A stretch of DNA of 30,604 nt, from assembly GCA_964236955.1 (NCBI GenBank), contig CAXSGP010000041.1:7096-37699 (forward strand). The letters run 5' to 3'. The DNA comes from an uncultured Oligoflexus sp. Lineage in GTDB: Bacteria; Bdellovibrionota_B; Oligoflexia; Oligoflexales; Oligoflexaceae. The translations under genes were made by a program, and so were the position numbers. This document shows, one piece after another, positions 25,851-30,604 of this stretch; position 1 is the stretch's first letter; every line of letters starts with the position of its first letter. The notes below the pieces were generated by a model, which saw only the letters and a list, made by a program, of their open reading frames with translations, did not search any database and had not been told where the DNA came from.

Positions 25851-26977
25851 GTCTGGACCTTTGTTTTTACCAATGCATTTATTGAGAAAGCGCCCAGGGT
25901 CGTTCCGTCGAAATCCACCATTGTCACCTCTAAATTGAGAGTGCCGCGCGCAAAGCGATGGGCGGTTTCGGCTACCTTTTTGCATACCGCATCGTAGAGC
26001 CCTTCGATACCATGAGCCTGACAGAGTTCAAGAACGTGGCGCGCTGTGTTAGCCGTCGCGGCCTCCGATACCACCGCCTCTGGCGCGCCCAGTTCGGCTA
26101 AAATATCGGCTAACAGGCCCACATTCACTGCCGAGGCCGACGCATGGGTCATCATGCGGCCGTCAGCCATCTTCGTGAATTTTCCCATCATCCCGACGAT
26201 GTGAACAGTAGGCATGCTGTGCCGCATGGCATTGCGAATCCCAATACCGATGTAATCGCCGACCTGAATAAAGGCGGCCTCATGAAGTCGAGGAAGCAGC
26301 TTCATCGCATAGGTCTCCGACCTTCCACCGGTCGTAAACACCACATCCTTGCACCCTTGATGGGCCGCGAGTCCAATGGCTTGAACGATACTGGCAATAA
26401 AAGCCGCCGTCGAATAGGGAAGGACAACCCCAGTTGTACCAAGGATGGAGATCCCGCCCAGCAACCCAAGGCGGGCGTTGAGAGTTTGCTTGGCCCGTTC
26501 CTCACCATCCGGCACGCTGATGACCACCGAAGCACCGGTAAAAGCTGTGTTTTCAAGTTCCGCCTTGACCATGTCCCTTATATTGATTCTTGGCACAGGA
26601 TTGATCGCCGAGCTGCCCACTAACAATCCAAGACCAGGTTTGGTCACGGTGGCGACCCCGACTCCTCCCTCGATGGAAATATCCAGGTTACTGTTTAACT
26701 GAACCCTGGCGATGATTTCGGCTCCATGCGTGCAATCCGGGTCGTCTCCCCCGTCTTTGATGATGCTGCACTCAGCATAGTCGTCATGCAGTTCGCAGCG
26801 ATGCAGTTTGAAGGTCACGGCCATACCGTTAGGAATGATTGAAATGATTTCAATGAGCGTCTGGTTCTGAATCAATACGCGCGTTGCGGCCTTGGCAGCC
26901 GCTGCTGCACAAGCTCCGGTGGTAAAACCGCTTCGAAGACCTTTGCGGTCCCTTTGCTCATCGGCCGTCGCATGCAT
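25847..26977 (-). CDS. cbiD: Cobalt-precorrin-5B C1-methyltransferase CbiD
   Basis: LRSGFTTGACAAAAAKAA, KDGGDDPDCTHGA, AINPVPR, TLNARLGLLGGISILGTTG, TGGRSE. Confidence 0.97.
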   Translation of the reverse strand: MHATADEQRDRKGLRSGFTTGACAAAAAKAATRVLIQNQTLIEIISIIPNGMAVTFKLHRCELHDDYAECSIIKDGGDDPDCTHGAEIIARVQLNSNLDISIEGGVGVATVTKPGLGLLVGSSAINPVPRINIRDMVKAELENTAFTGASVVISVPDGEERAKQTLNARLGLLGGISILGTTGVVLPYSTAAFIASIVQAIGLAAHQGCKDVVFTTGGRSETYAMKLLPRLHEAAFIQVGDYIGIGIRNAMRHSMPTVHIVGMMGKFTKMADGRMMTHASASAVNVGLLADILAELGAPEAVVSEAATANTARHVLELCQAHGIEGLYDAVCKKVAETAHRFARGTLNLEVTMVDFDGTTLGAFSINALVKTKVQT

Positions 26978-27000
26978 GACTTGCTATACTCATTTCTCCG

Positions 27001-27735
27001 TTAGGACTTGGCTTTGTTAAAGAAAATTTCCTCGATAATTTTGTCGCTGCCGAGACCTTGATCTTCCAGGAGAACACGGGCGATGCGATTGACCTTGCCA
27101 TCGCCGGCCATAAGCGCGAGATCGTAGGGCTTTGCCAGGCGATCACTGAGATCTTTGGCAAAAAAGTCCTGCTGATCGGGATCCTCCACCCGCGGGCAGT
27201 CGACAATTGCAAGTTTTACTCTTTTCTCTCGGGCGAGGCCTATCACCGTCTCGTCTTCAATAAAGTAAGACTGGCTCGGTCGATACCAGATCAGATCAAT
27301 GGCAAAAGGCGATAGAGAAATCTCATTGAGAATACCAATCAAAGCGCTGACGCCCGTATAACTCGCTATGAGAACGACGCACCGGCAGAGCGAGTAGTCG
27401 GGGCTGTCCTCGTGAGGAAGTTCCAGCTTGCCCCAGGGTCCCGAAAAAGAAAAAATACTGCCCGTCGCCGCGCTTGCCATATGGCGCGAAGCGTAGCCGT
27501 TGCTGATGGGTTTTATGCGGATCGTAATTTTCCGGTTCAATCGATCGGCCGACACCACCGAGTAGGCACGCTTTATAGTTTTTTCATCATCCAAGCGCAG
27601 GCCGGTATCAAGGATGATATAGCGGCCCCCTTGAAATCTTGAGAAGTCATCGGCGGCGACATGGAATTCCAGGAGACTTGACTCGTCATTCTGGGGGGAA
27701 ACTCTTATCAGTTCCGCTGTTTTTGCAATAGCCAT
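27001..27735 (-). CDS. Ferredoxin-NADP+ reductase-like FAD/NAD(P)-binding oxidoreductase (divergent)
   Basis: FQGGRYI, RAYS flavin motif, GYAS, GPWGK, LIASYTGVSAL (cf. IAGGTGIAP), C-terminal LG..KI.EEIFF. Confidence 0.8.
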   Translation of the reverse strand: MAIAKTAELIRVSPQNDESSLLEFHVAADDFSRFQGGRYIILDTGLRLDDEKTIKRAYSVVSADRLNRKITIRIKPISNGYASRHMASAATGSIFSFSGPWGKLELPHEDSPDYSLCRCVVLIASYTGVSALIGILNEISLSPFAIDLIWYRPSQSYFIEDETVIGLAREKRVKLAIVDCPRVEDPDQQDFFAKDLSDRLAKPYDLALMAGDGKVNRIARVLLEDQGLGSDKIIEEIFFNKAKS

Positions 27736-27744
27736 GAGACCGCC

Positions 27745-28128
27745 TTAAACGTCTTGATTATCCGGAAAAACTTCGTGCATTTGATCGTGTATCTCTTCGA
27801 GATCCAGGTAATAGCGTTCCCATTGCTGGGTCATTTGCCGAAGATCCATTTCGATCTTTTTACCGAGAACCAAAAGACTTTGATAATAGGCTTTTTCAGA
27901 AAGCTGCCCGGGCATCGCCATGACGCGGTCTTCCAAAAGGCCCAAGCTGTCCTCGAACCCCATCTTTAAATCGACAAAGTTCGACGCTTCCGCCAGATTC
28001 TTTAGACTTTGACTGCTTGTCAGGGCATCGCCAAGTTCCGCCAACTCGTGCTGACGGTCGGCGGGTCGGTCGGCGCCGAGAAGATTTAATAAACCAAGCC
28101 GAAGGGCGGCTATTTCATGACAAGCCAT
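27745..28128 (-). CDS. DUF3209-family protein (cobalamin cluster-associated)
   Basis: N-terminus MACHEIAALRLGLLNLLG and RQHELAEL match my recollection of DUF3209. Helical/acidic body, C-terminal HDQMH, RBS AGGAG. Confidence 0.75.
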   Translation of the reverse strand: MACHEIAALRLGLLNLLGADRPADRQHELAELGDALTSSQSLKNLAEASNFVDLKMGFEDSLGLLEDRVMAMPGQLSEKAYYQSLLVLGKKIEMDLRQMTQQWERYYLDLEEIHDQMHEVFPDNQDV

Positions 28129-28146
28129 AAATTCTCCTGAAATACA

Positions 28147-29373
28147 TCACATGATTGTGTCAACATAGGATTCAACGATTTTATCGCTGAGAAGATGACT
28201 TTTAACTAACGCGTCGATGCCCTCGGCATCCATCTGCCGATACCAAACACCGTCCGGATACACTGCAATCGCAGGCCCCTCCCCACAGCGTCCCATGCAG
28301 GAGGTAAGTGTGACGCGGACGTCCTGGCTAAGGTTTTTATCTTTGATTTCGCGCCGCAGCTGCCGAGCTAATCGAATCGAACCTCGATCGGCACAGTCTC
28401 TATTCGTGCAGAGAAAAACATGTTTCTTGATTTTGGCATGAGCGTGAATATGAGGGCTTGCCTGCTGTCTGGTGACAGCGTGCCGGATGCTGAAGAGCAG
28501 CGAGTTCAGGCCACCGACCTGAGTCTCCAATTCGCCAAGGGCCACCCGGTATTGACAGCTGTGACATGGCAGAAGATGAGAGCTTTGCCCTTCATCGCTT
28601 GAAAATGCCCGATCCTCAATGATGGATTGAAACCCTGGGATTTCGCTGAGTGGCGGCAATTCAATGACATTGATTCCGGGATAGCGATCCTTAAATACCT
28701 GCATCTCTTTGATGATGCGGGCATGCAAGACACCCGTATACAGAAAGTAGGGCAGCACCAGCAGGTTGGTGGGCCTGATTTTGGCAAGCAAGCGAAGGCT
28801 GTCCTTGAAGTCAGGCTTTGTGATCCCAACAAAGCAAGGCATGATATTGCGTAGCTTTAGACCTTCCCCAATCAATCGACACATGTGGAAAAAGGCGCTA
28901 TTGGCTCCGGCATCATTTGATCCTCTGCCGATCGGCAGCAAAATGCTCTCGTCCTCGGCTAGTTCGCGGGTGCGAATAAAAGAATTTATCGCGGCAACCC
29001 ACTTTGGATTCGTTCCAAGCGTCTCACAAACGTCATAGCTTACAGTCGAATGCGATTTTCGCAGGCGTTCCACTACGAAGGGTATATCGTTTTTGATATG
29101 ACCGGCCGCGAAGAGCGCGAAGGGAATAATGCGGATGATGGCGTAGAGACCGGAAAGTTTTTCCAGAACGTCTATAAAGGAGGGCTCGGCAAGCTCGATA
29201 TAACCTGCAAAGACGTCAACACCGGGATGATTGGATTGAAAATCCGACAAGGTGTTTTGAAAACAAAGATTGGCCTGCGGGTCACGGCTACCATGACCCA
29301 CAAAGAGAATACATAAGCCTTCCGCGCGCGCCTGGCTGTTTGCCGGCGATCGCATGTTTTCGCAAGAAACCAT
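28147..29373 (-). CDS. cbiX: Sirohydrochlorin cobaltochelatase CbiX (long form) fused to a C-terminal thioredoxin-like [2Fe-2S] ferredoxin
   Basis: VGHGSRD, AAGHIKNDIP, GRGSND..AN, PYFLYTGVL, CHSCQYR. Ferredoxin HVFLCTNRDC...TSCMGRCGEGP...YPDGVWY. ATG 29373 follows RBS AGGAG. Confidence 0.92.
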   Translation of the reverse strand: MVSCENMRSPANSQARAEGLCILFVGHGSRDPQANLCFQNTLSDFQSNHPGVDVFAGYIELAEPSFIDVLEKLSGLYAIIRIIPFALFAAGHIKNDIPFVVERLRKSHSTVSYDVCETLGTNPKWVAAINSFIRTRELAEDESILLPIGRGSNDAGANSAFFHMCRLIGEGLKLRNIMPCFVGITKPDFKDSLRLLAKIRPTNLLVLPYFLYTGVLHARIIKEMQVFKDRYPGINVIELPPLSEIPGFQSIIEDRAFSSDEGQSSHLLPCHSCQYRVALGELETQVGGLNSLLFSIRHAVTRQQASPHIHAHAKIKKHVFLCTNRDCADRGSIRLARQLRREIKDKNLSQDVRVTLTSCMGRCGEGPAIAVYPDGVWYRQMDAEGIDALVKSHLLSDKIVESYVDTIM

Positions 29374-29405
29374 CCAAACAACTCCTAGTCCACGAGGGTG
29401 TCTGG
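29374..29405 (-). promoter_or_regulatory. RBS-sequestering hairpin (riboswitch expression platform)
   Basis: CCAGACA-C-CCT...AGG-AG-T-TGTTTGG pairs across the AGGAG Shine-Dalgarno of cbiX. No intrinsic terminator lies between the aptamer and the start. Confidence 0.55.
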
Positions 29406-29437
29406 TCCGCATCCAAAAAAATCTTTCTCGGATGCTT

Positions 29438-29630
29438 CACTTAAGGCAGGTCTCCTGGCTTGCAGAGCACCCAGCGAGTCGGGTGCTTAGACTCCCTTCC
29501 CCGTATGGACATAGTGTGACTATGTATTGGTTACGAGTGGTCATGAGTCATGTTGTTCTGCTTACAGTGGCGGGACCGCGTCGGCATTGCACCGATCTTC
29601 CCTTTTAATTCTGCTGAAACCTTAAGCGGC
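29438..29630 (-). ncRNA. Cobalamin (B12) riboswitch
   Basis: Minus strand: CTTAAGGT...AAAAGGGAAGATCGGTGCAATGCCGACGCGGTCCCGCCACTGTAA...CCACT...GGGAAGG...B12 box GCAAGCCAGGAGACCTGCC, closing P1 CTTAAGG/CCTTAAG. Confidence 0.97.
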
Positions 29631-29646
29631 TTTGAACCGTTCGCAG

Positions 29647-29675
29647 GTATTGCATCATTCCTCTTAAGCTGTCAA
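29647..29675 (-). promoter_or_regulatory. Possible sigma70 promoter of the cobalamin operon
   Basis: Perfect TTGACA at 29675-29670 just upstream of the riboswitch; -10 box poor (TGCAAT/CAATAC). Confidence 0.35.
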
Positions 29676-29700
29676 ATTAAAATCGATTTGATCCTGACCC

Positions 29701-29925
29701 GATAGGAAACGGCGAACGGTCCCGGGGGCAATTATTGTCCTAGGTCCGTGCTGAAGTTCTGGGTGGATCTGCTTTTCCAGGTGCTTTGCATCGCCTGCAA
29801 AAGGACTGCTGGCCCAAACCTGTCGCCCGGCTGCCAGAGGTTGGCGATCGGTGGGGCGGGACTCCTCTACTGGGTCAGTTCTGTCTAAGCATGGGTTGAC
29901 CCCTCAAGCCAAGCGAACTCTACTA
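29701..29925. ncRNA. Structured non-coding element, possibly an orphan IS110-family non-coding end (bridge/seek RNA region)
   Basis: GC-rich, no annotated ORF, several hairpins (GGGCAAT/ATTGTCC; TTTGCA/TGCAAA; GCCAG/TTGGC; GGGTCAGTTC/GGGTTGACCC). Resemblance to IS110 leaders is from recall only and unverified. Confidence 0.4.
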
Positions 29926-29999
29926 CCTAAGTTAAAATGGATGTGATAAAGAGCCAAAGAATTCCCCTGTACGTTGACATCAGCCACGATGGGTTTAAA

Positions 30000-30548
30000 A
30001 TGTTTTTGGAAACAGATCGAATTATGCTTCGCGAAATAACGAAGGACGATGATGTTGAACTTTATTTGCTTGATAGTGATCCGGAAATTATGAAGTTCGT
30101 TGCCAATGGCAGGCCCTCATCAAAAAAAGAGGTGGATGCCTCGATCGAGCGCATTCTAACTCTTAGAGACCAACATAATGGAAAATTTGGATGTTGGGCC
30201 GCTTTGGAGAAGTCTACAGATCATTTTATAGGTTGGTTTCTGTTCCGACCGGCCCAAAATGATGCTCAAAATACCAAGCGTATCGAGTTAGGGTATAGGC
30301 TTAAAAAGGAGTACTGGGGCCTTGGCCTGGCGACAGAGGTTTCGAAGGCCATAATTGCCAAAGGATTCAGTGAATATCCATTAGATGAAATCTTTGCGGT
30401 TGCCATGAAGGGCAACTTGGGATCTCTGGCTGTTATGAGGAAAGCGGGAATGCACTTTGTACGAGAGTTCACGAGTGGGGAATTCTCATCCTCAGTTGAA
30501 GATCTGGTCGAGTACTCAATAAGCAGAAATTTATTTTTTACTCGTTAG
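30000..30548 (+). CDS. GNAT-family N-acetyltransferase (RimJ/RimL-like)
   Basis: LETDRIMLRE, DPEIMKF, FIGW, ELGYRLKKEYWGLGLATE, N.GSLAVMRKAGM. ATG 30000 preferred over 29937. Confidence 0.9.
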   Translation: MFLETDRIMLREITKDDDVELYLLDSDPEIMKFVANGRPSSKKEVDASIERILTLRDQHNGKFGCWAALEKSTDHFIGWFLFRPAQNDAQNTKRIELGYRLKKEYWGLGLATEVSKAIIAKGFSEYPLDEIFAVAMKGNLGSLAVMRKAGMHFVREFTSGEFSSSVEDLVEYSISRNLFFTR

Positions 30549-30553
30549 GATTA

Positions 30554-30594
30554 GGGGCTGTTGACGTTTGGCTACGCCAACGTCGAACATCCCC
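30554..30594. repeat. Imperfect palindrome downstream of the GNAT gene (terminator or REP/MITE-like)
   Basis: GGGGCTGTTGACGTTTGGC-TAC-GCCAACGTCGAACATCCCC. Confidence 0.55.
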
Positions 30595-30604
30595 AGTAAC
30601 GCAG

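Noticed and set aside
29701..29925. Second tandem riboswitch, tRNA, or IscB omega/HEARO RNA
   Set aside because: No B12 box, no other riboswitch consensus that I recognise, no cloverleaf, and no adjacent IscB/TnpB/HNH gene.

Overview
A bacterial chromosomal segment of roughly 50% GC. The lipoprotein-rich content and a sigma28-type promoter suggest Bdellovibrionota/Oligoflexia or a myxobacterium-like organism (inference). The left 12 kb is an accessory envelope region. It holds a lipoprotein with 7 Ig-like repeats and a PA14 domain, an M49 (DPP III-like) metallopeptidase, a collagen-like lipoprotein, DoxX, a 5'-truncated His-rich DMT transporter remnant, a heme c/copper type II monooxygenase lipoprotein, and a Tat-exported FAD oxidoreductase. 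The right 17 kb (12526-29373, minus strand) is one tightly coupled 18-gene operon for anaerobic (early cobalt insertion) corrin synthesis, under a clear cobalamin riboswitch: cbiX-ferredoxin, DUF3209, FNR-like gene, cbiD, cbiC, cbiET, cbiL, cbiG, cbiH, hypothetical, cbiF, cobA-hemD', cobO, cbiA, cbiP, cbtB, membrane protein, LonB-like ATPase. Three observations stand out. (1) The operon ends in an unexplained 3-gene module: CbtB, an internally duplicated membrane protein with a cryptic internal signal/His motif, and a membrane-anchored archaeal-type LonB AAA+ ATPase with no protease domain. This is a candidate new cobalt/corrinoid handling system. (2) cbiJ/cobK is absent, and a divergent FNR-like flavoprotein sits next to cbiD as a candidate non-orthologous replacement. 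(3) A ~225-nt structured non-coding element upstream of the riboswitch resembles, from memory, an IS110-family non-coding end, but no transposase is present. A GNAT gene and a terminal palindrome close the window.
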